Shown here in pieces: positions 23,919-36,720 of a DNA stretch of 64,000 bases (positions are counted from its first letter, which is position 1; every line of letters begins with the position of its first letter). Both the position numbers and the translations under genes were made by a program. A model generated the notes under the pieces. It ran no database searches. It was not told the origin of the DNA and saw only the letters and a list, made by a program, of their open reading frames with translations. The stretch comes from the human T2T-CHM13v2.0 reference genome, Homo sapiens, in the NCBI RefSeq assembly GCF_009914755.1, contig NC_060942.1; one strand, 5' to 3'.

Positions 23919-24936
23919 TGTTGGGGCTCAAAAAAACATTACCCCAAAGTATGGTGCTTTGGCACGCTGAGTACTTTGAACTAAAGGAGGAGATTGGAAG
24001 GCCTCAGACGTGGCCTCAGAAGCAGTCTCTCCTCTGATCTTCTCCTGTCTTCTTTCTCCCCCTGAAGCAAATCATAGAAACCAAAATCCCCCTTCTCCAA
24101 GGTGGGTTCTTGTTCCCTGAACATTGCTGTTATCCTGTTCTTTTTTCAGGGTGCCCAGATTTCATATTGTTCAAACACACATGCTCTATAATTTGTGCAG
24201 TTAACGCAATCATCACAGAGTCATGAGGCAACATACATCCTCCTCAGCTTATAAAATGACAGGATTAAGAGATTAAAATAAAGACAGGCATGGGAAATCA
24301 CAAGGGTATTGATTGGGGAAGTGACAAGTGTCCATGAAATCTTCACGATTTATGTTCAGAGATTGCAGTAAAGACAGGCATAAGAAATTATAAAAGTATT
24401 AATTTGGGGAACTAATAAATGTCCATGAAATCTTCACAATCCACGTTCTTCTGCCATGGCTTCAGCCGGTCCCTCCGTTCGGGGTCCCTGACTTCCCGCA
24501 ACAGTGGGTCATAAATCTAAGATCCCTCTTCCCCAAAGCAAGCCATAAAGTCTGAAAAGGTCACTCTTTCCCTTCTTCCCTTTCTCTTTCCAGAAAGATT
24601 CTGCCCCATACGGGGGAGAAAGCCTACATAGAGAGGCCAAAAAGAGTCTGGACATACCTGGCTGGGTCCCCCTGCCTCGGTCTATCACCATTAGATCACA
24701 CCCCTTGTCCACTCACATTTTGACATAGTTGTCCACTCTTCATGGAACGTAAGCATACAAATAGATGGTTTTCTCTGGGTCTTTGGGTCTTCATTTGTGA
24801 AGGCTCTTGCGCTATGTAAAACTTTGATTCAAATAATTTGTTACACTTTCCTCTTGTTAACCTGTCTTTTCCTATAGGAGTGTCAGCTGTGCCCCTTATG
24901 ATGGGTAAGAAAATGTATCACACCTTTCCACCCCTA
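23919..24936 (+). mobile_element. ERV1 LTR, MER31/MER39-like, interrupted by MER11
   Basis: TGTTGGGGCTCAAAAAAACATTACCCCAAAGTATGGTGCTTTGGC start; continues after 24509. Confidence 0.7.
24108..24503 (-). mobile_element. MER11 (HERV-K HML-8 LTR), 5' 396 bp only
   Basis: Minus strand starts TGTTGCGGGAAGTCAGGGACCCCGAACGGAGGGACCGGCTGAAGCCATGGC; 6-bp TSD GTGGGT at 24102-24107 and 24504-24509. Confidence 0.92.
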
Positions 24937-25670
24937 GTTTTCTCCAGGTGTGTGGGCAGCCCTGGGGCTGCGTTCTTCCATCAAGAAAACACAAGGGGGC
25001 GGTAGTGGCACTTGGGCTTGACGGTGGTGGGACTTAAAATTGAGTCCTAGAAGAGAAAAATAAAAATGATAGAAGGCAAAGATGGAAGAAGAGAAGGAGC
25101 AAAGATGAAAGAAGAGAAGGAGCAAGGAAAAGAAGTGTGGTGTGAAAAGAGCCAAGAACACATTTTAATGTTTTTCCCAGAGCCGTACTCCCTCCCCAGC
25201 GTGAAACAGTGCAAAGCATGGAATTAATCCACTCCAGTGCATTGTGGGGAAGAAGGTTTGAAGTGAAGGGAGCAGGGAAAGGCCCTTGCAGGCTGAAGCC
25301 CTGTAGAAGAGGGCTGGGCTAAGCAGCCTCTGGGGAAGGGGGGCACTTAGGGCCCAGACCAGCTGGCCTGCTGTTTCTTTCCACAGGCCCCAGGGTGCAA
25401 CCAGCTTCTCTCACCTTAAGAGATTTCCCTGGCTTCTGAGCCAGCTGTCCCCAGCTACCACGCCCCACCCAGCCCCAGGCAAACACACAGTACATTTTCT
25501 TCTCTGAGATTTACTACCAGGAAACAGATTAAAAGGCAACAAAAATAAGCAGAGGGTGAATTACCCAGGTTAAAGGCAATCTTGTGCAGCTCCTGTGGAC
25601 AGACCTCTAGTTCTTATTTTCTTTTAAAAACTAGATTGGATTGAATGCTTTGTCTTTTTTCTGAGAGAGC

Positions 25671-25782
25671 TAAGGTGACCAAATGTCCAGGTTTGCCCAG
25701 GTGTGAGGAGATTCCTGGAATTCAGGACTTTGAGTGCTAACCCTGGGAGAGTCCTGGTCAACTGGGAAGAGTTGGTCATCGA
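25671..25782 (-). mobile_element. MER81 hAT-Blackjack MITE
   Basis: TIR-like ends TAAGGTGACCAA / TTGGTCATCGA, 112 bp, 8-bp TSD GAGAGAGC/CAGAGAGC. Confidence 0.85.
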
Positions 25783-28467
25783 CAGAGAGCTCAAACAGGC
25801 CCCTCCTCACCTCCAGACCAAGCTTCTGAATGAAGCTTTGCGGAAATCTCTACCAGTCAGGGCTGAACCAAGCATGGGAGTTCCTATTGGTCTCAAGTGG
25901 GCAATTTTCATCTTCAAGACCTTTACCAGGGAACCACTGGGTAGGGGCTCCAGTCTCCCCAGATGCCACACGATGTGCATTCCCCTGTGCCTGTTTCCTT
26001 ACCAAAGCAGGAAGAAGTAGGATGGGATTTCTGTCTGGGTGCTCCTCTGGCCATTTTTTAGGGAGTGGTTACTTTTCTCCAGATCAGGGGACTCTCCCGT
26101 CCCCCGCTCAAAAGCATTTTTATTTTATAAACAAAGTTAAGCAGAGTTCCTTGCTGCAGGCCCTCCACTATGGCAGTGTATGAACACCATGCATTTTCTA
26201 GAGGAGCAGACTGGTTGCAGCACCTCCCAAACTATTCAATCACTGAATTTCCTCCCTTTTCTTTAAGAAACCTGCGTTCTGAAGAGCACACATGCTCCTG
26301 GAACCTTTGTTTGATCCCACTTAAGCAGCTTTGGGACCTCCCCTAGTGCTACCCAGTGCTGTTTTCATAAAAGAATCAAGCAGAGGACTGAGGGCTTTTC
26401 ACTGAGATGGACCCAGCGCCACTGGCCGTGCCAAGCGTGCGCAGCAGGTGTGCGTGTGTGTGCGCTTGCTGGCAGGCGGCCCTCTGCAGGCAGTTCTTTG
26501 CACCTCAAGCCAGGTTGCATATGCCATCTCTGCTGGCTTGGGGAGAGCTATTTAAAGTCTCTCTAAAGGCCAGTAAGCCTGCATGACTTCTCACACTTCC
26601 TAAAAATGCAGGGTCCGAATGGTGCAAATTCCAGCCAATACAGCTCTTGGGTCATCCCCTTGTGTGCCAGCATATGTAGGACTCACATCAAGTTACTGTA
26701 AACAGATGGCATGTTTGTTACAGTCTTGCTTAAATGTACCAGTATATATGCACATTTTGTTTGCTAGTAGCTTGGAAGACTTGAGTTGATTAATTAAAAG
26801 CAACACATACTTAATAGTTGTGTTTTTTTCAAATGATACATTTGGTTTTTGTAATTTTTTTAAATGGAAAAAAAAAAACCCAACAAGGCCTGATTTATAT
26901 ACTGAAAAGAGGTTCTTTCCCAGTAAATTAGGAAAAGTAGTTTGCATTCCTGAACTTATTTATTTTCCCCTGTAGCTAATGTTGCTTGTTATTCTAAACT
27001 GAGTGGGGATGCTAAGAAAGAAAAAGCATTGCCCTCCTGTAGAGCATGTGTCACCTGTAAATTTCCATGAGACAGTGGTGCCTCTAATCTCTGAATTCAA
27101 TTCCACCAGAGCAAATTGACTTTCACCGAGGTGACTTTGAAGCCAAGTCATTTTGCAGGTTCAAGAAGTAAACTCTGCCAGCCACACCACTGAGCCCACT
27201 GGCCAGGGTGCCGCCTGCAAAGCCCCACCTTCCACCACACCCTCCCTTCAGTACTGGTTCCACTGAGCTAGTCACCAAAACAAAACAAGTTGTTTAATTA
27301 AAAGATTTCCAGCTCCTTATTTCCCAAGTGCAACAGAATGGGAAAGTGTCCCTGCTGTAATGTAAATAATGGAAATCAGTCTTCTACACATCCTGGTGAG
27401 GGAAATTTCTCGTAGAAGAGTTGCCAGCCTTTCCAATACAGCACTTTGGGCTGAAACTCACACATATGTGCTATTGAAGTTGAATTCTGGCAAGTGCTAT
27501 TCCTGGTATTTATTTGAAAGAAGCCAAGTACTTAAATGGAGTTAAAACAAAACGGGCTTTTTACTCTCTTCCCTGCAACCTGCAACCCTTGGCTTCCTCT
27601 TCTCTGAGTTTTGTTTGGATTTTTAAAAATTGACTACACCCCTTAAGAAATACCCCCCTCCGGAGTCAACTGGTCTCCAGTTGGCACTGGAAATGCTGAA
27701 ATATCAAAAAGATGGTTGAAACTGTCTAAAGGGCAGCTTCCTGAGAAAAAATTAACCTTCCTTGGATTCCTCTCCAGGTTTTAGGCCAATTGAGGTCATC
27801 TTTGAAAGAACAACCTGTCCACCCTTTCCACCTGCAAAAGAGGGTGGTCCCTACCAACAGCTCACATGACTGACTATGGCAGCCACACTCAGGGCCTGGC
27901 ACTTGCTGGGCCCAGAGAAAGTTGATTGGGGTTAAGATGGCCTGAGCGGTTTCAAGTCAGAGTGTGAGGCAGCTAGGAGGGGCCTCGGAGAAGACCAATT
28001 CCCACACTTTCCTCAAGAAGAAGCAGAGGCCTGAGGCCATGCATCTAGCCAGTTGTGGGAAGGGGAGGAAAGGGGATGCTTACACCTGTCAATTCATCTT
28101 TGGACCACCAAACCTTCCCCACCTCCACGTCAGCCAAGCTTGGGTCTCTTTCATGGAGCCAGGGAGGGGCAGTGGGAAGGAGGCCTAAGGGCTAAAAAGA
28201 CAAACTGGTCTTCCAAATATCAACCTGCCGTGTGGGATGAGGAGAGGCAGAAACAGGCATGATTGTAGGCTTGAGGAATGTGTTTTCCCTGCCTTCTCAC
28301 CTTCCTTCTCATTTTATTTTTCCTTTTGGACTTCATGTGCAAACGTTCAAATTAATCATACTCCTTGGATCGTGGTCCTTTGTCATCTTGGTCTTCTCAA
28401 TGCCTCCTCTTGCTTAGTTTTATTTATTTTTAATTTATTATTATTTTGCTTAAGCATACTCTGAGAT

Positions 28468-28672
28468 ATTTTTAATTATATATATATTTTATATATATAT
28501 TTTATATATATATAATATATATATAATGAGACGGGGTCTCACTCTGTCACCCAGGCTGAAGTAGTGGTACAATTATAGCTCATTGCAGCCTCAAACTCCT
28601 GGACTCAAGCAATGCTCCTCTCTCAGCCTCCCAAAGTGCTGAGATTATAGGTGTGAGCCACCGTGTCTGGCT
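28468..28672 (-). mobile_element. FRAM-like Alu monomer with (TA)n-converted tail
   Basis: GAGACGGGGTCTCACTCTGTCACCCAGGCTG..CCCAAAGTGCTGAGATTATAGGTGTGAGCCACC; TA-rich run 28468-28527. Confidence 0.8.
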
Positions 28673-28681
28673 GCTTTATTT

Positions 28682-29378
28682 TGTTAATGGAAAAATCAAA
28701 CCCTGTAAAATATTTTAACAAGGTTTATTCTGATCCAGTCTGAGTGACCATAGCCTAGGGAAACACAGTCTCAAGGAGTCCTGAGAAAGTGTGCCCAAGG
28801 TGGTTAGATTACAGTTTGGTTTTGTACATTTCAGGGAGGCAGGAGTTACAGGCAAAGACATAAATCAATATAGGGAAGGTACCCATTGGTTTTGCCCCAA
28901 AAGGCAGGATATCTCAAAGCAGGGGGCTTACAAGTCATAGGTGAATTCTGATATTCAGATATCCTTTAATTGGCAATCAGTTAAAGGAACAAAAGTTTGT
29001 CTAAAAACTTGGAGTTAACAGAAAGGGATGTTTAAGTTAAAATAATGATGTCAGAGCCAGCCACAATATGACCTGTTTAGCAACACCAGTGGCCTTCGGG
29101 CATAATTTAACTTGTGCCTTGCCTGGTCCTAGGTCTTGTTTATGATTTGGTATCTTACAGCCACAAAGAGTCTGTTTTTATCAGCCTTATGATCTCTATT
29201 CTAACATTAATGCTGGTTGGTTGTTGTGCCTAAACTCAAAAAGGGATAATGAGGCGTGCCCAAGCTCCCTTTCCATCATGGCTGGGAACTCAGTTTTTGA
29301 GGATTCTCTGGAGTCCCCTTGGCCAAGAGGGGGTAGGTTCAGTTGTTGGGGGGCTTAGGATTATATTTTTAGTTTACA
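28682..29378 (-). mobile_element. MER4-family LTR
   Basis: Minus strand starts TGTAAACTAAAAATATAATCCTAAGCCCCCCAAC and ends AAAATATTTTACAGGGTTTGATTTTTCCATTAACA. Confidence 0.8.
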
Positions 29379-29659
29379 GTTTATTTTTTTAAGTCTCCAA
29401 ATACTACTTACTTCACTAGAGGCAACCATTCTAATCTGTTTAATGTGTATCTTTTTATTTTTATGTGTTCTTGCAAAATAATATTATTGCATGATATCTA
29501 TGGATATATATATATATACACACACACATATATGTAGCATATACATGCTAGAAATAAAATATTTAAAATATAAAATAAAATATTGATGCTATAAATTAAA
29601 AGTTTGAGCTCTTTATTTTCCAAAAATTATTGACACCCAAGAAGTTAAAAAAAATAGTA

Positions 29660-30692
29660 TAGAGAAGCACATGAAAAAAAGCTCAGCATCAGTAGTCATT
29701 AGATAATGCAAACTGAAACCACATGAGATACCACTTCATACCCACGACAATGGCCATTATCTAAAAAAAAAAGAAGTGTTGACAAGGATGTGGAGAAATT
29801 GGAAACCTCATACATTCCTGGTGGGGATATAATCACCTTGAGCTCCTTATCCCAAAGCCTCTAGGTCCACCTGTGGCTGAGATCAGCCACTAAGTATCAG
29901 CTGGTTCCCCAAGGCATCTTTGGACTAGATTTGCAGGTGCCACCTTCAACCAAGCCAGTGGTTTCCCTCCTGCCCACATGCCTGGGGTCTAGTAAGTACT
30001 AAAACCAACTCAGGAAATCATACATTGCTGGTGGAGGTATAGCCATTATCACTGCGGAAAAACAGTTTGATGGTTCCTCAAGAAGTTAAACATAGAATTG
30101 TCATATGATCAAGCAGCTCTACTCCCAGGTATATACCCAAAAGAATTGAAAAGAGGGACTCAAATAGATACTTGTACACCAATGTTCATATCAGCATTCT
30201 TCACAATAGACAAAAGGTTGGAACATCCAAGCATTCATCAACTGATGAATGTTTTTTAAAAGTGTGGTATATAGTTAAATATTAATATTTTATATTTTAA
30301 AATAAATGTGGATATTATTCATCCATAAAAAGGAATGAAATTCTAATCCATGCTACAACATGGGTGAACTCTGAAGACATTATGCCAAACGAAATAAGCT
30401 GGATTAAAAAGGACAAATATTGCATGATTTCACTTATCTGAAGTACCTAGAAGAGTCAAGGTCACAGAGACAAAAAGTAGAATAGTGGTTACAGGGGGCT
30501 AGAGGATGGAGAACAGGGAATTACTGTCTAATGGGCACAGAGTCTTAGTTTGGGATGATGAAAACATTCTAGAAAGGAATGGTGGTGGTTGTAGCACAAT
30601 GTGAATATAATTAATACCACTGAACTGAACAGGTAAAAATGTTTAAAATGGTAAGTTCTATGTTATGCATATTTTACCACATACAAAAAAAA
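29660..30692 (+). mobile_element. L1MB-type 3' fragment containing a templated insertion
   Basis: AAAACCAC-type ORF2 end, GTGTTGACAAGGATGTGGAGAAATTGGAA, 3'UTR ending ATATTTTACCACATACAAAAAAA. Confidence 0.87.
29830..30021 (+). repeat. 192-bp dispersed direct copy of 33001-33190
   Basis: Hand alignment gives 10 substitutions plus one 2-bp indel. Confidence 0.95.
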
Positions 30693-31056
30693 TCTAGAAA
30701 AATATCACACGTAGAGGTCCCCTACAAGCCAGGTCCCCTACAATCCAGGTCCCCTGGTTTCCTCCAGTGTTACATAACTACTTTTTTAATACCAAAATCA
30801 GGAAATTGACATTAGCATAAAACAGTTACCTGGACTATGGATCTTAGCCAGGTTTTATCAGCTCTGTGCATGCGCTCACTTTTTTATGTGTGTTTATATC
30901 TTGATGTATACTTCTATGACACTTTATCACATATACAAATTTGTATAACTGACACTTCAATCAAGATATATGTCTATATTTTTAATTTATCTAAAAGTTA
31001 TTGTGTTATACATCTCATTCTTTTTCTTGCTTGCTAAAAAAAAAACCTAACCACTA

Positions 31057-31686
<630 letters not shown>

Positions 31687-32150
31687 TGATGGGTTTAGGA
31701 CATGCTAGCCCAAAATATGGCGCCTTGGCATTTGAGAAAACAGCAGAAGCAGGAAGGTCACTCTTAGCTTCCACTCATGCTACTCCCATGAAGCAAGCCA
31801 TAAAACTTTCATTCCAGAGTTCTCCTCCCATTTCTCCCTGAGTAAAGGAACATCCTTAACTCTAAAGATACAGAGAAGAATCTGAACAAACAGGCCTTGC
31901 TAAATTCCCCCCAACTTAGTAACATTAGATTATACCCCCTTTGTCCACACTCATACTTCTCCACAACTACCCACTTCTTCATGAAACTTAGCCTAAAAAT
32001 ACATAGGTTTCCTTGTTTCTTTATGTCCCCATGTCACATAAAACTTATATTAAATGTGTATGTTTTTCTCTTGTTAATCTATCTTTTGTTATAGGGATCT
32101 TAGCCATGAACCTAGCCATGGGTGAGTAAAGAAAGCTGTCCTTCCCTACA
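31687..32150 (+). mobile_element. MER31-like ERV1 solo LTR
   Basis: TGATGGGTTTAGGACATGCTAGCCCAAAATATGGCGCCTTGGCATTTGAGAAAACAGCAGAAGCAGG...CTTCCCTACA; TSD ATCT/ATAT. Confidence 0.75.
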
Positions 32151-32201
32151 ATATGTCCTCGCTGTTCATAAGCTTATTAGCTTTTTGAAATCCTTCCTCT
32201 G

Positions 32202-32668
32202 TGTCATGAGTTGAATTGTGTTCCCCCAAAAAAGATATGTTGAAGTCCTAATCCCCAGTACTTCAGAATGTGACCTTATTTTGAAATAGGGTCTTTAGAG
32301 AGGTCACCAAGTTACAATGAAGTCATTAAGGTGGGCTCTTAATTCAATAAGACTGGTATTCTCATAAAAAGGGGAAATTTGCATACAGAGACAGACATGT
32401 ACAGAGGGAAGATGATGTGAAGACACCCAGGAAGAATGAATCATGCCATGTTGGAGTGATGCTGCCACAAGCCCAGGAACGTCTGGGGCTACCAGAAACT
32501 GGAACAGGCAAGGAAGTGTCCTTCCTCTACAGGTGTCAGAGGGAGCATGGCCCCACTGATGGTGATTTCTGACAGCTGGCCTCCTGAACTATGAGACAAT
32601 GAAGTTCTTTTGTTCCAAGCTACCCACTTTGTGGCACTTTGTTACAGCAGCCCTGGGAAGCTAATACA
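32202..32668 (+). mobile_element. MLT1C MaLR LTR
   Basis: TGTCATGAGTTGAATTGTGTTCCCC..AGAATGTGACCTTATT..GTTACAGCAGCCCTGGGAAGCTAATACA. Confidence 0.85.
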
Positions 32669-33000
32669 CTGGGAACTGCATGTCCATAGCATCTGCCTGG
32701 TTTTCAGTGAGGCTCCTTCCTTTTCCTATGAATATTCAAAAGTTCCTTGTCTGCTCCAGATTCACTTTCACTTTTTATTCCTTTCTCCCTCCTTTCCATC
32801 ATCCCACCTGCTTCCCTGAGCTACTTTGAGAGTAGAATTTCATGTAGAAGGGAAGACTCACTTAGCTAGAGGTGAGACAGAGGTAGGGAGCTGGGATATA
32901 TTTAGGCATAGGAGGTTTATGATGCCTCCAAACAGAAGTAGGGAAGCAGTCCTGGGTTGTGGGATCAACCTAGAGACAAGGAGAATTCTCTGTGCTTCCC

Positions 33001-33190
33001 TAATCACCTTGAGCTCCTTATCCCAAAGCCTCTAGGTCCGCCTGTGGCTGAGATCAGCCAGTAAGTATCAGCTGGCTCCCCACGGCATCTTTGGACTAGG
33101 TTTACAGGTGCTACCTTCAACCAAGCCAGTGGTTTTCCTCCTGCCCACACGTGGGGTCTAGTAAGTACCAAAACCAACTCAGGAAATCAT
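33001..33190 (+). repeat. Donor of the 29830-30021 copy (apparently unique sequence)
   Basis: TAATCACCTTGAGCTCC...CAGGAAATCAT, ~95% identical to the copy. Confidence 0.93.
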
Positions 33191-34189
33191 GCAGCAGGCT
33201 GCTTTAGGTCTTTTGAGACTCTGTCTTCTGATTTGGTTTCGTTGAGCCCATCCCAATATTCAAGGAGGAAGGCCATGGAGTATTCCAAAGGTCTTTGCCT
33301 TAAAAAAGGTCCTTTTGTTGCCACAACAAGATGACATTGTAAGGAAAGGCTGAGACCCGCTGGAGGAAGACGTGTGGGCAGGGCCAGGGCTGCAGATGCA
33401 GCCAGTGAAGAGCCTATTTCTGCCCAGGATGTGGTTTCTAAAATGAGCCAGTTTCATCCATCATTAATTTTTACTTCCCTAAGTTATGCCATCTCACTGC
33501 TCTTGCATGGTAACTTTCTTGAGAGGCCACTTATACTTCTCCAGAGGCCCCAAACATGCAGCACCTGGATTTTTCCACAATGTTTGCAAACACTCACCAG
33601 ACGAGACAAGTCCTCCCCTAAAAGCAAGAAGCTCAATGCCAACTTCATGCAAAAAAAAGAAAAAAAGAAAACCAACAAGAACACTCCATCAATATACTCT
33701 TTGCACACCAAGATATTAAGATAAATTTTCTAAGCTCTCTCTCTTGAAAAAGATCAACTGCTGTGATAGAATATTCAGAGAGCTATTGCCAAATTGAAGA
33801 GCTCAATCTAGTGTAAATGGTTTGGTAAACAAACTGCCCTTTAAAAGATGTCATCCAACAATTTAACAAGTATAATTGCCTATTAATTCAAGGCATGAGG
33901 TAACTGTATTTTTCTAATAAAGTATTACTGCTGAACCAAACCAAATCACCCTTATGTATAAGAACTTAAGGTTTAGTGTTAGGTTTTCAATCTTGGGGTG
34001 GAGTGCAGCCTTTACAAGCAAGACATGAAACTCATAAGCCACAAAGGAAAAATGTGCAGATGTGACTATGTAATAATAATAATAATAATAGAGGCATCTG
34101 TCTGGCAATAACAAATGAAGCAAGCAAACAAAATCAAATCAAAAGATGAGATAGTGAGAAAATACTGTATCAGGTAGAAGACGTTAAGT

Positions 34190-34860
34190 TATTGGCCATA
34201 CTATTCAGAGACCTATAAATCAAAGAAAAAGACCAAAAAATAACAGGAAAAGAAAGATGAGCAATACAGACAGGGAATTCACATAAGAAATACAAATGGC
34301 CCAAAAATATGTGAAAAGATATTCCACCTACTAAAGTAATAAAAATCTAAAATATAACATTTTTCTCTTTAAAAAAAATTTAAGTGTGTAGGGAAAACTA
34401 GAACTATTATACACTGTTAGCAGGCATATAAATTGATATGGAATTTTCATTTTGGAGGCATTTTTTTCAGTGCCCTTTAAAATGTATTGTATGCACACCT
34501 GGTGAGCTAACAAGTTCACACCTACAAACTTATTCCACAATAATGTTTACACATGTGCACACCAATATGGATACAAAGGGAATGATCAGGTAAATTATGG
34601 TACATCTATTCAATAAGTATTATGTACCTATTAAGAAGAATGAAATACCACTAGAAATCTGGGTCTTAAAAATGCTGTGATACATTGTTAAATGAAAAAA
34701 CCAAATTGCAGAATAATATATACATATGGACTCATTCCATTAATACAAAACAACTTTATGAAGACAGACAAATAGATAAACAGGTGATAAAGCGATCATA
34801 CATGAGTAGTAAGATGGAATTATGCATACCAACATATTAAGCAATGGGATTATCTGTTTT
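34190..34860 (+). mobile_element. Degenerate L1ME/L1MC 3' fragment
   Basis: GAAATACAAATGGCCCAAAAATATGTGAAAAGAT..TAAATTATGGTACATC..GTTAAATGAAAAAACCAAATTGCAGAATAATAT. Confidence 0.65.
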
Positions 34861-35477
34861 CTCATCTTATTTTGTAGTATAGAACTTTTCTAAAAACAAC
34901 CTGTTTTAGGCTCCTCAGATCATCACATAACCTCACAGATAACGGCACAAACTCTTAAAGGTCATGGTCTAGGCCAGTAGTCTCTACACTTCCCACATCT
35001 AGCTCAGTGGCTGGCACCACAGGGAGGTTCAATAAATGCTGTTGGAGAGGATGGGACTCCACACTTCTCCACTCCTAGTGCAGAGGATAATGTGACTTTA
35101 TCATGATTCAAGTTCGGCTTGAGTTATACTCTCGGAGCTAAGCTAGAGAATAGTTTAGAGACAGCAAAAGTGTAAAAGGGTGAAAACTCCCACAGACTTG
35201 GCTCACAAGAATGCAGGCCTGTCTACATGCCTGCCCTACAGGTCTGACATCCCAATTGTGTGCCTTATTCTTCGGTCTTATGTCATATTTTCAAAAGATA
35301 ACATTTAATCAATGTCTTACTATATGCTATTATTACAAAGTCTTTGTGTATATCAACTTTGAATCTTCATTATAGCCCTATAAGCTACGTATAAAGTAGA
35401 AGCCTCATTCCACAATTATGGAAGTACTTGTGTGCTTAAGTAACCTCTCCAAGATCACACAAGTAGGACCTCTTAGA

Positions 35478-35712
35478 CAGTGTTCCTCAAACTGTATGTG
35501 CAATCAAGTCACTTAGGCATCTTGTTTTATTAAAATCCCAATTCTAGCTCAGGAAGTCTGGGGCTGGGCTTAAGGTTCTGCATTTCTTTATTTTCTTTAC
35601 ATTTTTTCTCTTTTCCACATAACTGTTGTTCAGAAGGAAAATTCTGCATTTCTAACAAGCTCCCAGGGGATGCCAATGCTGCTGGTCCCACAGAGCACAC
35701 TTGAGTCACAAA
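35478..35712. mobile_element. MER5-type hAT MITE inside a MIR, with a 54-bp insertion
   Basis: CAGTGTTCCTCAAACT..TCTGCATTTCTAACAAGCTCCCAGGGGATGCCAATGCTGCTGGTCC. Confidence 0.8.
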
Positions 35713-35964
35713 ACTCTAGGACTCAGCCCACCTTAGTTATATCTTCAGAACCAAGATGCAAGACCAGCTCTGCCAATAACCCCCTGCCTGCCTATGTACT
35801 CCAAGAACATAGATTAACCTCTTTGTTTACAAGGAAAGATTAGGAGATGATAGTCTCTCTGGATATTGTCCATCTCTATTGTTTAATAACTATTGCAAAA
35901 TTATAATAGAAAAAATGCCAGCACTGCTATGCTGGGCCACACTGAGTGCCCAGACCCTAAGTCA

Positions 35965-36720
35965 CATGCATCCAATAAATACTCATTGGCGTTCTAAACT
36001 AGGCAGTGGGAGTTATAAGAGTTAAGAAGACAATCCTTGTCCGCATGGAGATTACAGTATTCTGTGGAATAAAGGATGTAGCCCTACAGTGTCATGCTCT
36101 CTATTGCAGAGAAAGAACAGGGTACACAATAGAGATGGCCTCCCATGGAAAGTTACATGTGGGCTGAGATGAGATGAGCTAGCCCAGTGAAGGTGGAGGG
36201 GGAAGACAGGCAGGCAGAAGAAACAGCAGGAGGGAAGTCCCAGAAGTGAGTGGGGTATTAAAGGTTATTGGAAGAAGTTAATTGTGGTTGGCCCTCAGAT
36301 TGAAGGTGAAGGAGTGGGGAAAATAGTTATGAGGCTACAGCAGGACATAGCTCACAATGTATCTCAAAGACCCAGCTTCTTAACAAGACCAGTAGTCTAC
36401 AGATGATGCAAAACCTTTGAGGAGCTTTAAGAAGGAAACAGATAGGAGAGGATTTACATTTTTAGAGAGTTAAAGGGTATAGAATAAAATGTGGGGAGGG
36501 TTGGGAGGCCCAAGGTTGAACACAGGGCACCAATTAGAAGTCTGTTGCCATGATCTATGTTTAAAAAAAAATCACAGTGAACTTAACTTGGATTGCAGCA
36601 GTGGAGTTGCAGAGAAAGAGAAAAATTAGAGAGACATTAGAAGAAAGAGAACTAAGTGAACAAATGAAGGATGAGAAGCTATGAGTGAGAAAAAGGCAGT
36701 GCTAAAAGATAATTTTCCAA
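35965..36720 (-). mobile_element. L2 fragment
   Basis: CATCCAATAAATACTCATTG..AAGACAATCCTTGTCCGCATGGAGATTACAG..GATTTACATTTTTAGAGAG purine-rich L2 antisense pattern. Confidence 0.65.

Noticed and set aside
30715-30755. 16-bp tandem repeat (~2.6 copies); similar short duplications at 6824-6863 and 25075-25135
   Set aside because: Ordinary slippage duplications.
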